Shown one piece after another: positions 18,793-28,827 of a stretch of 64,000 bases of DNA (positions are counted from its first letter, which is position 1; each line of letters opens with the position of its first letter). The notes under the pieces were generated by a model, which saw only the letters and a list, made by a program, of their open reading frames with translations, was not told where the DNA came from and did no database searches. Made by a program: the position numbers and the translations under genes. Source of the DNA: a virus; IMG/VR virus record IMGVR_UViG_3300010162_000535, positions 12,205-76,204 of that record; one strand, written 5' to 3'.

Positions 18793-19546
18793 GTTGTTGA
18801 TAAAAGTATTTATTAGAATTATTAAAACAATGCATACATAAAACCATCTTACCTTGATAATCTTTAATAAGCTTACTAACCTCTAAATACCAATCTTTTT
18901 TCACTGGTACACTGAGTATTTGAAAAATATCCGGATAAGGTAAGTTACATAACTTAAAAGCATCGTGGCCAGGTGCTCCGCAAATGCTTATACGATTATC
19001 CGTAAAAGTCAATCCGCACATACATTTACAAGGAATAGAATAAGTCTCATCAATTGACGCTATTCTACGCCCAAAATAATGTCTTTCAAAAATTCTAACT
19101 TTATTATGTGTCAATAATTCTCTTATATGTATTTTTTTTTCATCATCTAAAAACTCATACAAACTAATACTAGTTTTATCAACATAATTTAAAACAGTAG
19201 TCAATAACGCAGTATCTTGTAAAAATAAAAGACCATTTGTAACTAAATTAATGCATTTGGCTATTTTACTTTGATGTAATAAAGGTAAACCCTCTAATAA
19301 ATTTTCCCAACATAATGGTTCACCAATCGCATTAATGTTTAAAGTCTCTATAATGTAATCAGAATCATGACAGCTAATTATGAATTTTTCTAAAGCAGAA
19401 ATACTCAAATGCCACTGAGCATACTCAGTACGACAAGCTAAATGAGCACAATTTTTACAATTTAAATTACACTTACCCACCACTGACATATTTAATTCAG
19501 GTATTAACATAATTAAATCCCTCCACTGTCTTAATAAACCGCGCAT
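18770..19546 (-). CDS. Radical SAM protein
   Basis: LNMSVVGKCNLNCKNCAH (CxxxCxxC), IGEPLCW, LVTNG; C-terminal CxxC. Confidence 0.88.
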   Translation of the reverse strand: MRGLLRQWRDLIMLIPELNMSVVGKCNLNCKNCAHLACRTEYAQWHLSISALEKFIISCHDSDYIIETLNINAIGEPLCWENLLEGLPLLHQSKIAKCINLVTNGLLFLQDTALLTTVLNYVDKTSISLYEFLDDEKKIHIRELLTHNKVRIFERHYFGRRIASIDETYSIPCKCMCGLTFTDNRISICGAPGHDAFKLCNLPYPDIFQILSVPVKKDWYLEVSKLIKDYQGKMVLCMHCFNNSNKYFYQQRDRVASL

Positions 19547-20213
19547 CAGTGATTAAAGACTGACCGACATCTTGTCCACAAAAAGAATTATTACTTATAA
19601 AAATTTTTAAATTATTTTCTCTACACCAAGGAAAAATTAAACAATCTATAGCCGGTAAACGGCCATCTGAAGAAACCCATTTACAATTATTCGTATGTGC
19701 GTCATAAAAAATTTTATTTGATTTAATATCATTAATTAATTTAGCTCGCCATTCACCAGCTTGAAAACAAACGCACTGAAATCCGTGTATGTAATCAACC
19801 GTTCCAACTAAATCTGTTAACTTTAAATAACTCTCTGGCTCCTTTGAATATGGCCAACCAGTATGACCTGCCATTAATATTTTCCAATCAAATGGTAGCT
19901 GATTAATATGTGCTTCTAATACTGACTGAAAATCCCACCTAAAATAGGCATCATCTTCAAAAAAACATAAAATATCTTTTTCAGATAATGCCGTCTCAAG
20001 TAAATTTGCCACACTTATTGCATGATCGTAATACTGAGTACGATAAAACTTGAGATCCTTAGGTATTAAACTTCTTTTTTCAACATACCACATGAAAAAA
20101 GAATAATTATCTATGCCAGCAACTTTACACATATTAGCTATACGTCTTCGACGTTCTGCACTTATAGTGCACCCCTCTGAACCACAGCTAAGTATTTTAT
20201 AGTTAAAGACCAT
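19497..20213 (-). CDS. GT25-like glycosyltransferase
   Basis: ILCFFEDDAYF...LPFDWKILMAG...HGFQCV; paralogous to 21736..22362. Confidence 0.75.
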   Translation of the reverse strand: MVFNYKILSCGSEGCTISAERRRRIANMCKVAGIDNYSFFMWYVEKRSLIPKDLKFYRTQYYDHAISVANLLETALSEKDILCFFEDDAYFRWDFQSVLEAHINQLPFDWKILMAGHTGWPYSKEPESYLKLTDLVGTVDYIHGFQCVCFQAGEWRAKLINDIKSNKIFYDAHTNNCKWVSSDGRLPAIDCLIFPWCRENNLKIFISNNSFCGQDVGQSLITDARFIKTVEGFNYVNT

Positions 20214-20214
20214 A

Positions 20215-20970
20215 TCAAAAATTATCCCCTAAAACATCACTAAGCACTTGCCTAGCATATCCGCCTTTAAAATCTCTATTTTCGGGAGCTAAATGAAATA
20301 AACCTGGAAAATGATAAAATATTGCTTTTCCATTATCTACATTAGGCTGACAGCTGGTAAAAATCTGCTTATTTTTATCCAAAGAAATATCTAACCAAAA
20401 CTTTTCATTTGCCTGTTCATATAAATATTTTTCATAAAAAAGCTTTTGCAACATATACTGATCTTCCGGAAATTGATCATCAGAAGAAATATAATTATGC
20501 AAGTGCTCTAATAACCTTATCACATCTAAACGATTACCGCCATAGGCTCCGCTATTAGGTGAAAAAATTAAATTAGAGTTCTTATCCTTAAAACATCGTA
20601 TAAAATCTTCACTATTACGCGGCCATAATGGCGCTTCAGCAGTTAAAGCTAAATAGGGTACTTTTGCATACTCTGTGGAGACTATTACACCATTATCAGG
20701 AAGTCGTGCCTCAAATACAGATGAATCTGCACAGATAAATGTGTCCGAATAATCCGCTAGAATTACTTTCTTATGTGGTAAAATATTCAAATATTTTAGC
20801 CCAATACGCAGCTTATCTAACCATTTTGCCCTACCAAGCTCAGGTCTAAACCTTTCACCAGCTCCTGCAAAAACTAACGGAACTTTAAAATAATCACATG
20901 TTTTTTTTAATAAACTATCCGGAACATTAGGATAAATACTAAAAGCTACTATCGCAAAATTTTCAGACAT
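20215..20970 (-). CDS. PLOD-type glycosyltransferase domain protein
   Basis: KVILADYSDTFI, IVSTE, PNSGAYGGNR, EDQYMLQ, FYHFPG. Confidence 0.75.
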   Translation of the reverse strand: MSENFAIVAFSIYPNVPDSLLKKTCDYFKVPLVFAGAGERFRPELGRAKWLDKLRIGLKYLNILPHKKVILADYSDTFICADSSVFEARLPDNGVIVSTEYAKVPYLALTAEAPLWPRNSEDFIRCFKDKNSNLIFSPNSGAYGGNRLDVIRLLEHLHNYISSDDQFPEDQYMLQKLFYEKYLYEQANEKFWLDISLDKNKQIFTSCQPNVDNGKAIFYHFPGLFHLAPENRDFKGGYARQVLSDVLGDNF

Positions 20971-21742
20971 CTTTACATAACTGATCTACCAGCTTAAAGT
21001 AAGCTTCTGTAAGAGGCTGACCAGGAAAATGGATTATCGGGCTTATATTAGTTAACCCTGTTTCTAATATACGAGCTGACATTAATTGTCCCGTTCTATC
21101 TACCTGTATCAAAGGTATGCCACATGCTTGTAAAATATGAATACAAAATTGATCATCCCAACGTTTTTGCTGCTTTAACGCATAATTAAAAGCATACAGA
21201 CTAGCTATATCATTTTTTGTTAAATTATTAAAATGACCACAATTCCTTTTTTGATCAAGGCATTCAAATACAAATAAAATATGCTGACATAGCTTAATAA
21301 TTAAATTTATTTGCCCAGCAAAAACACCGGCATTTAAAACCACCAACTCCTGATCTTTAGCTACTTTATCTCTAAACCATTTTTCATTATAAGGATAAAG
21401 CACATCGGCCCATCCTTTATTAAATAATACACACTTTAAATCTAACGTATTATATATTCTTAAAAGTTCACAAACTGGCGCAGTAAATAATACATCACGC
21501 GAATCAAAGAAAAACAGGTGCTCTACTCCCTGTTGTAATAATTTTTTTGCACCCGCTAATAATGGATTAATTTTTAAAGCTATATAATCATGAACATTTA
21601 ACGCATTAGTCTCTTCCCAATACAACCAATAAAGCGGTACTCCAAAGTACTTAGCTGTCTTACGAATACCATACGTATATTCCTGTAAACCTGTATTAAC
21701 AGCTGTGCTGCAAAATCTTGTATTTTCTAACGTAGCTAACAT
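20963..21742 (-). CDS. PLOD-type glycosyltransferase domain protein
   Basis: LFFFDSRDVLF, LNAGVFAGQI, DDQFCIH, IIHFPG. Confidence 0.78.
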   Translation of the reverse strand: MLATLENTRFCSTAVNTGLQEYTYGIRKTAKYFGVPLYWLYWEETNALNVHDYIALKINPLLAGAKKLLQQGVEHLFFFDSRDVLFTAPVCELLRIYNTLDLKCVLFNKGWADVLYPYNEKWFRDKVAKDQELVVLNAGVFAGQINLIIKLCQHILFVFECLDQKRNCGHFNNLTKNDIASLYAFNYALKQQKRWDDQFCIHILQACGIPLIQVDRTGQLMSARILETGLTNISPIIHFPGQPLTEAYFKLVDQLCKDV

Positions 21743-22362
21743 GTGGAAATAAGGAACCTATTTTGCTCTTCAGCCGTATATGCTTCTAAACTATCATATA
21801 AAATAGTAGACTGCATTTTACCTGTTTGAATACTAGGACTTCCGCCCTGTCCTACATAACTTTTTTGTGGACAAAATATTTTTAAATGTTGCACTTCTGG
21901 GTCATGATAAAACATACAATCAAGTCCGCCAGGAGAATTATAGATTGCTGCACTTAATTCCATATATGAAAAATTATTACGATATGCAATACACTGTGTA
22001 CCATGAAATTCAGCTAATTGCCTATAATTATTTACTTCTTTTTTTACTTGAAATATTTGAGTATACCCTGGAATAAAAATTTCCCATTCCTCAGGTAAAT
22101 TGGCTAAATCTTTTTCAAATCTTTTAACAAAATCTGGAAAGACTATAGCATCATCCTCAAAACATAATAAATTACCAGTATAAGTACGCAAAATTTTTGC
22201 AAAATGTTTAGTGCCACCTAAAGGAGGATCTACAGCAACAACACTAATACTATATTCACCAATATTGCTTCTTTTAAAATATTGACGTAATCTTGCAATA
22301 CGTTCTGTACTTATTTTATGATCAGTTGACAAAATAACAATTTTAAAATCAGCTAAGTTCAT
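21736..22362 (-). CDS. GT25-like glycosyltransferase
   Basis: LLCFEDDAIVF...LPEEWEIFIPG...FHGTQCIAY...GLDCMF. Confidence 0.75.
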   Translation of the reverse strand: MNLADFKIVILSTDHKISTERIARLRQYFKRSNIGEYSISVVAVDPPLGGTKHFAKILRTYTGNLLCFEDDAIVFPDFVKRFEKDLANLPEEWEIFIPGYTQIFQVKKEVNNYRQLAEFHGTQCIAYRNNFSYMELSAAIYNSPGGLDCMFYHDPEVQHLKIFCPQKSYVGQGGSPSIQTGKMQSTILYDSLEAYTAEEQNRFLISTC

Positions 22363-23168
22363 TATTCCCCCAAATCAAATATGTTATGAATATTTTGTGA
22401 TTTATCGCATTTAAATTTTTTTATCTTATCCGCTAATATTGGATAATGAGCAATAACCGCATTCAACTGTTTAACATTACCGCCTTCAAACGCATTATAT
22501 TTCCAAAGACAAGTACCACCTGCTTCCATTGACTGATCAATTAATAAAAGATTACGCCTAATTTTTTGAGCTAATGGTTTATCAATAAAACTCACAGGTT
22601 TATTGTTTAATATACGCATAGCAAATAACCAAATTTCATCAGCTTTAGGAGTCAGAGTAAGGAACAATTCTTTATTAAATACGTCACTATGAAAACTATT
22701 TGGGGGTATTAAACAACCATGCATATTAAGCGGACTATCTATATTTTTACATGGGCAACAACGAGTATGACACAACTTATACCGATCTTCATCGTAATAC
22801 ACCCCTTCAGAGGTTAAGCATGTCATGGAACCCGTCTTTTGATACTGCTCTACTAAACTGCGCAACCAATCCCTCGGATAATAAGCATCATCGTCTGCCA
22901 ATACAACTAAATCATTTGGAAATTCTTGAAGCGCCCAAAACCATTTAGAGTGTACTCCAATATTTTCATATCCTGCGCGTATTTCTAAACCTAGCTGAGC
23001 TAATGCTTTAAATTTTTCACGCACTATACCTAAATAAGGATCTGCGTCTTTATCTAAATATAAAATTACCTTACTTGGAATATCTTGGTCTAATAACGTA
23101 CTTAAAGCTCTAAAAAGAACCTCATTTATCCGCTTACCGTGACTTGTTAACGAAATTATTGTTTTCAT
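22362..23168 (-). CDS. GT-A fold glycosyltransferase (GT2-like)
   Basis: IISLTSHGKR...KVILYL...HSKWFWAL...VVLADDDAYYP...ADEIWL; paralog of 13273..14052. Confidence 0.85.
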   Translation of the reverse strand: MKTIISLTSHGKRINEVLFRALSTLLDQDIPSKVILYLDKDADPYLGIVREKFKALAQLGLEIRAGYENIGVHSKWFWALQEFPNDLVVLADDDAYYPRDWLRSLVEQYQKTGSMTCLTSEGVYYDEDRYKLCHTRCCPCKNIDSPLNMHGCLIPPNSFHSDVFNKELFLTLTPKADEIWLFAMRILNNKPVSFIDKPLAQKIRRNLLLIDQSMEAGGTCLWKYNAFEGGNVKQLNAVIAHYPILADKIKKFKCDKSQNIHNIFDLGE

Positions 23169-26100
23169 GTTTTTTATATGCTAATAATTTTCTATTATTT
23201 TGCATTGTTATTGAATTATACATTTGCCTACTGACAGCATGTCGTTGTTCTTCATTAAAAAAGGCATGAGCTAAATGCCTAATAAATCCGCCAGATGTCG
23301 AGTTTAATAAAGCGTATTCCTCATGTTTTAATATTACTGGTCTACCATATTTTTTAAATGTAAATTCACTAAACGCCAGCTGTTCCACTGGCCAGGTCTG
23401 TTTTGTATGTTCCCATTCAGCTAAGTTTACAATTTCATATAGTTCTTTCCAAATATCATGAACCATAGGAACATTCGCCATCAATATTACACCCAAACAT
23501 GCCTCGGCATCATTAAAGGTTACTTTTTCATTAAGCTTGTTTGGTACAACATGTATTAAATGCCAAGGCTCGAAATCTTGTAACACATCTTCATAGAGTG
23601 AGATATTATGACTATAAAAACAAGCGTCTGCATCAAGATAAAGTAAATAATCACAATCAACTAACTGACGTTGAATATGTCGCACTTTTTCCCAATTAAC
23701 ATGTCTATCTTGTGGCAAGTCTTCCTTAGCTATTTCCTCAACACTATATTCGTATCCATGAATATCACAGTATAACTGATTTATTGGACGAATATACTTA
23801 TTAAACCAACTATCTTTACAACATAAATCTCCCCAAATATATTGACTAACTTTTAACTTTATTTCTGAAACAGGTAAACCTCCAACAGCTCTAAAAGGTG
23901 CTCTAGTATCATCAGTTACTTTTTTACCGCCATCTTGTCCAACAATACTTTGCTTAGTCAAATAAAATTTAACATTATTTTTTAAACACCATTCGGCAAT
24001 TAAAGTATCTACGCCAAAAGGGTGATTTACATTAATTTCAATGTCCTCATTAATAATGGCCGTAGCTAGCTTTTTACGCCACTCACCTGCCCGCAATAAA
24101 ACACATTGAGTCCCCCAAAAACGACTAGCTTGTATATAATTTGCTTCCACTAGCTCAGCATCTTTAACTGTCATCCACCCAGCAATAGCTATATCCCAGA
24201 AAGCTGGCAAGTTATTCAATTCATTCTTTAATCTATCCTTAAAATTAACCGGCAATCTCGCATCATCCTCAAAATAAATTATGTCATGGTCCGCGTATTC
24301 ATTTATAATTTTTGCAAAATGTAAATCACAACCTCTATTACCCCACAAAGGATTATCCGTCTCCTTTTTAACATATACAGGTAATATATCTAAAACATAA
24401 TCTGTTATGCCCGCACTTTTAAAATTTTTCTTTAATTTTAATATCCGCTCCGTACTAATCTCATTATCTGTGGTAGCTACAATAACGAGATAACGTTTAA
24501 ACCATTCTTCTTTCTTAGCTTCAGTAGCTAATTTAAGCTCTACCATCTTCTTATTACGCTGCATTAATGCTGAATTAAATATTCTTTCAAATTCAGCTGT
24601 ATCTCTTAAACATTCAATAAAATTCCGAATAAAATATCCATAGGCAGATTGAAGCTTATAATATTCTCGCTCCAATTCAAAAACGTCTACAAATTTAGGA
24701 TAAACAAAATTACCTAAAGCCAACTCTACATCTGGATATTGTTTCTTAGTATATGCGCCCAATGTAGTATCCGGTACCGACTGCCAATAATCTAATACTT
24801 TATGCGATTCTTCACTATTTTTATATAGCATTACAGCTAATAACGGTTTTGAATGTACTAAAAACTGTTCACTCACAGTACCTGTTGAAGTTAGTATATG
24901 TTTTGTTAAATTAGTCTCTAACTTAGCTACATAGTCAGCTAATGATATACTATGCTCATAAAATATACAATCGCCTTCTAAAGACAGTAAATAATCACAA
25001 TTATTTAAATGTTTTTTTATTGTTGGAATAAGCTGCCACATAGCATTTCGATCTGACAAACTTACCGCTACGTGTTCACAGATATATTCGTAACCATGAA
25101 GTTCACAATAATTTCTATTAATAGGCTCAATATATTTTTTAAACCAATGATTTTCATCAGTCCACTCTCCAAAAATCATTTGTAAAATTTTTATTTTTTT
25201 ATTAGATTTATTAAAAATAAAATCATTTCTTTCTATAATTTCATTATGTAATTTTTTTGAAATCTCTTCAGGCACTAAACCTGCATACGCTGAAAAATAG
25301 CGTATTAAATAAGAATCAGTCCCGCATAAACGATAATAATCTTTTAAAACAGTTATTTTATTTGGATATTTTTTTGCTAATTCAAACAATGCAACATGCG
25401 GGCCACACTCACTCCACTGACCGCAAGGATATACATTAGTCGTATCAACATCACCTAACCACTCAGCGACTATATCTTTTGCAATCTGTGTATTTTTTAT
25501 TAGCATTACTTCAGTATGTGCTTGACCAACCACATCAAAAGCTACTAACGATTGCATATTATTTATTTTAGAAGAGGGTACCACAATTAAACTACTTTCT
25601 AACTCATTAGATAACTCTTCTAAAATACTTAAATTGTGATCATAAAACAGGCATGAAGCCGATAAACAACATGCCCATGCATCAGGATTACAATAATTTA
25701 ATGCCAAGCGATAACCATACTTAAAATAATAATCATGATGTTTAGAAAATTCTTTAACATTAGGCGCTATAAAAACAGCATAGCTAAAGCCCATTCTATT
25801 ACAATAAGCCTCATTTATTGGCTCAACATACTGCCTAAACCAACTATTTGGTAATGCCTGCTCTTCTGTTATTATTTGAAAAACATTTAATCGACTCATA
25901 CTAATATCAACATACTCTATAGGAACTTGCCCAATACCGCATGGAATCATAGTGAAACCAGAGCGGTATCGTTTATACACATTGGCACTTATTACTTTTT
26001 TTGCTTTATATAGTGTCATAATATCTGTAAAAAAACTCGCTAGACTCTCACTACTAGTTTCTTCACAAAAAAACATTGAATGACCTAATTGACCTGTTGT

Positions 26101-26724
26101 TACCTTAAAATTAAATTTTTCTTGTAATAATTCTCGAATGAATTCATTAGAACAAATCAAAATTAAATTACTAGTTGATACTTCAGCAGTACTGATAATC
26201 TCTTCTATTTTTTTTATAAGATTTAAAATTAGCTCAGAGCCTCTGTAACCATAATCTTTTTTCCAATTATCATACCATCGAACATGTAATGCCGTATACT
26301 CACTGTTGTTTAACTCCTTAAGACAATTCGCAATAGCTGCTAAACCAATTTCACTCATATCTGGAGTAATTAACCATTCGAATTCAGTTAAATTTAACGG
26401 ATCTACAGGCCACTCATGACCATCACAAAAAACAATACCTTCACTATTAACATGCTCAAGAAGCCAATTATATACTCGTTCTTTAGAGCGGTCATTACCG
26501 GGTAATTGAAAATAATGAACTTGTTCATTATTGTATAAAAAAGAATTTGACCAGCTAAAAAATTTATGAAATGATTTATTTTTTGGAATTACTGGGGTTA
26601 TCTTTAATGAATCTCCAAATAACTGTTTTAAGTAAATAAAAAATTTACAAAAATCAAAATAACCCTGATAAGTCCAAATTACCCTAATTTCTTTTATCAA
26701 CGAATTATCAAAATATTTAGACAT
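23134..26724 (-). CDS. Multidomain glycosyltransferase: fucosyltransferase-like + GT34-like x2 + GT25-like + GT34-like
   Basis: N-terminal YTALHVRWYD...LILICSN...TDIMTL; three repeats of WFxxY(I/V)xPINxxYCxxxG(Y/F)xY; FEDDARLP...WDIAIAG...FWGTQC; the last repeat has YLDADACF. Confidence 0.8.
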   Translation of the reverse strand: MSKYFDNSLIKEIRVIWTYQGYFDFCKFFIYLKQLFGDSLKITPVIPKNKSFHKFFSWSNSFLYNNEQVHYFQLPGNDRSKERVYNWLLEHVNSEGIVFCDGHEWPVDPLNLTEFEWLITPDMSEIGLAAIANCLKELNNSEYTALHVRWYDNWKKDYGYRGSELILNLIKKIEEIISTAEVSTSNLILICSNEFIRELLQEKFNFKVTTGQLGHSMFFCEETSSESLASFFTDIMTLYKAKKVISANVYKRYRSGFTMIPCGIGQVPIEYVDISMSRLNVFQIITEEQALPNSWFRQYVEPINEAYCNRMGFSYAVFIAPNVKEFSKHHDYYFKYGYRLALNYCNPDAWACCLSASCLFYDHNLSILEELSNELESSLIVVPSSKINNMQSLVAFDVVGQAHTEVMLIKNTQIAKDIVAEWLGDVDTTNVYPCGQWSECGPHVALFELAKKYPNKITVLKDYYRLCGTDSYLIRYFSAYAGLVPEEISKKLHNEIIERNDFIFNKSNKKIKILQMIFGEWTDENHWFKKYIEPINRNYCELHGYEYICEHVAVSLSDRNAMWQLIPTIKKHLNNCDYLLSLEGDCIFYEHSISLADYVAKLETNLTKHILTSTGTVSEQFLVHSKPLLAVMLYKNSEESHKVLDYWQSVPDTTLGAYTKKQYPDVELALGNFVYPKFVDVFELEREYYKLQSAYGYFIRNFIECLRDTAEFERIFNSALMQRNKKMVELKLATEAKKEEWFKRYLVIVATTDNEISTERILKLKKNFKSAGITDYVLDILPVYVKKETDNPLWGNRGCDLHFAKIINEYADHDIIYFEDDARLPVNFKDRLKNELNNLPAFWDIAIAGWMTVKDAELVEANYIQASRFWGTQCVLLRAGEWRKKLATAIINEDIEINVNHPFGVDTLIAEWCLKNNVKFYLTKQSIVGQDGGKKVTDDTRAPFRAVGGLPVSEIKLKVSQYIWGDLCCKDSWFNKYIRPINQLYCDIHGYEYSVEEIAKEDLPQDRHVNWEKVRHIQRQLVDCDYLLYLDADACFYSHNISLYEDVLQDFEPWHLIHVVPNKLNEKVTFNDAEACLGVILMANVPMVHDIWKELYEIVNLAEWEHTKQTWPVEQLAFSEFTFKKYGRPVILKHEEYALLNSTSGGFIRHLAHAFFNEEQRHAVSRQMYNSITMQNNRKLLAYKKHENNNFVNKSR

Positions 26725-26735
26725 AATTTAAATCC

Positions 26736-27404
26736 TTACCAACTGTAATTAAAAAGTTCAAAATCTTTTTGATACTTTTTCTCAATATATTTTCTAACCA
26801 TAGAACTTAATACCTCTCGATAATGACCTTGTTGTCTTCTATGTTCTGAATGAATCCTATAACTTATTGGAGAATAAACTAATTCTTGGTTCATATTATT
26901 TGTATTAATTTTTTTAATAATTTCTTGTAAAGCAGCGTCTAAAGTATCTTCATATTTAAAAATATCAACCTTAATTTTATCTTTAGATGTGCAGAAAAAT
27001 GACTGTGGATAAAATAAGGCCATTGTCCAAGTAATGTCACCGCCTTGAATAAATGTATCTAAGCTACTAACATCTTTATTTAAATTTTTTGCAATAACCT
27101 TAATATATGAAATATTATGTTCAAGGCCTGTCCTGAAATACCAATATTGAGAAATAAATCTGTCATATGGATTTCTAACTATGCTAAATAAATAATAATT
27201 ACTAAATATATTAGCGCCATATACTAACTTTAATGCTTTAGTAGAGATATGTGATGCATTTAATTCTAGCCCCCATTTTTTTAACGTAACAGTGTCACAT
27301 ACTTTAGCCGTGCTATCAATATTAAGTAATTGTGAATATAAGCTACTACCACCAACTTTAGGTATATGGCAAAAGATGTATTTATTTTTATGCGAAATTA
27401 ACAT
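26736..27404 (-). CDS. Sulfotransferase (Sulfotransfer_2 family)
   Basis: FCHIPKVGGSSL, FSIVRNPYDRFISQY, YREVL...DFELFNY. Confidence 0.88.
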   Translation of the reverse strand: MLISHKNKYIFCHIPKVGGSSLYSQLLNIDSTAKVCDTVTLKKWGLELNASHISTKALKLVYGANIFSNYYLFSIVRNPYDRFISQYWYFRTGLEHNISYIKVIAKNLNKDVSSLDTFIQGGDITWTMALFYPQSFFCTSKDKIKVDIFKYEDTLDAALQEIIKKINTNNMNQELVYSPISYRIHSEHRRQQGHYREVLSSMVRKYIEKKYQKDFELFNYSW

Positions 27405-27407
27405 ATT

Positions 27408-27617
27408 TTATTTAACAGTATTGGACTCCACCCACTGCCTCGCTTCTTGTTCATCTGCAAACCGCTTCTCACCAACACCTAAACATCGTGCAATATACGG
27501 TAACGGTATATTCTCTACTGCATTAGCTGCTTCAATAACTGAACCAAGCCAAAAAGAAAATGGCTCTGTTACGAAACTTCCATCTGCGACCCACTTCAAA
27601 TCCAGTATAAGTTTCAT
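27408..27617 (-). CDS. Small hypothetical protein
   Basis: 69-aa ORF at the boundary of the AT-rich block. Confidence 0.5.
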   Translation of the reverse strand: MKLILDLKWVADGSFVTEPFSFWLGSVIEAANAVENIPLPYIARCLGVGEKRFADEQEARQWVESNTVK

Positions 27618-27718
27618 TTCTTTTTCTTAACTATCTCAAATCCCTCTGGAACCCAAAACTCAGCTCTACATAATTAATTTCTTCTGTCATGTTTTTTTAA
27701 ATTGTTTTCGTAGTTTAC

Positions 27719-28783
27719 TCATAAGCCCCTCACCAAGCTAAAGGCTTGCCACATTACCTTATCCATGTCCAAATATTGATAGCTCCCCAATCTACCACCA
27801 AAATAGAGATTGCTATAATTTAGCTTCTCCTTATACCTCTTATATAGTCCAGTATTGTAGCAATCATTAACCGGATACATTCGCTCCTGCCCCTCGCCTC
27901 GTCGGAAGCTAGCTGGCACCTCATAAGTTACAACAGAAGTCTCAAATGAATCAGCCGTATCCGGGTAAAAATATTTATGCTCCGTTGCCCTAGTATAAGG
28001 AACCTCCCATTCCGGGAAATTAATTACAGCATTACCAAATAAATTATCCTTTACCTCACGCTCCAAAAAATTAATTGTGCGATACTCTAGCTCCCCCTCA
28101 GAATAACCTGAAATGACATCTAAGCTGCCACTGTAGATAATTCTGTGATATTCATTTAAGCTAGCTAATAAATCCTTATGATAAAATGTTCGGCCATATT
28201 CAACATCAATACCTTCAAGCATTTTGTCGAACATCGCCGAATAGCCATTAATGGGTATTCCCTGATATTTATCTAAAAACATCCGAGTTTCAAACGTATC
28301 GCGCCATTTAATGCGCTTCATTGCGGCCTGGACTACATTAAGACCAGTGTTCCCCATTAAACCCGGACGACCAATAAAACAATCCTCGCCCCACATTTTT
28401 CTGGAATAATCGCGGAAGAGCTTCTCAAAAATCAAAGAATGCTCATCTTTAGTTAAACCATTTCCCTTAATCCCAAGCTGCTGATATGTCAGCTTATTCG
28501 GCGGAAAAGAAATATATTGCCCACCAACAAAGCTAAATACTCGGTGGACATAATTATTAAAAGAAGTAAACCTATTAATAAAACTCCATATTTGCTCATT
28601 GTCTGTATGAAAAATATGGGGCCCATAAGTGTGAACTATCAATCCGCTAGCTCGCCTCTCGTCCCGACAAATACCGCCAGGTTTCTTACCCCGCTCAATG
28701 ACCTTTACTTTGTGCCCGGCATCAGCCAGGAGCCTAGCACACGTACAACCAAATAATCCAGCTCCAATTACTAATACTTTCAT
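27719..28783 (-). CDS. glf: UDP-galactopyranose mutase
   Basis: MKVLVIGAGLFG (probable start 28783; the track start is 28831), VHTYGPHIFHT, YQGIP, RATEHKYF, YP, GGRLGSYQYLDMD. Confidence 0.95.
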   Translation of the reverse strand: MKVLVIGAGLFGCTCARLLADAGHKVKVIERGKKPGGICRDERRASGLIVHTYGPHIFHTDNEQIWSFINRFTSFNNYVHRVFSFVGGQYISFPPNKLTYQQLGIKGNGLTKDEHSLIFEKLFRDYSRKMWGEDCFIGRPGLMGNTGLNVVQAAMKRIKWRDTFETRMFLDKYQGIPINGYSAMFDKMLEGIDVEYGRTFYHKDLLASLNEYHRIIYSGSLDVISGYSEGELEYRTINFLEREVKDNLFGNAVINFPEWEVPYTRATEHKYFYPDTADSFETSVVTYEVPASFRRGEGQERMYPVNDCYNTGLYKRYKEKLNYSNLYFGGRLGSYQYLDMDKVMWQAFSLVRGL

Positions 28784-28827
28784 CTTGTTCTTTGTTTGAG
28801 GTTTTCCTCCAGTATAACAAATCTCGG

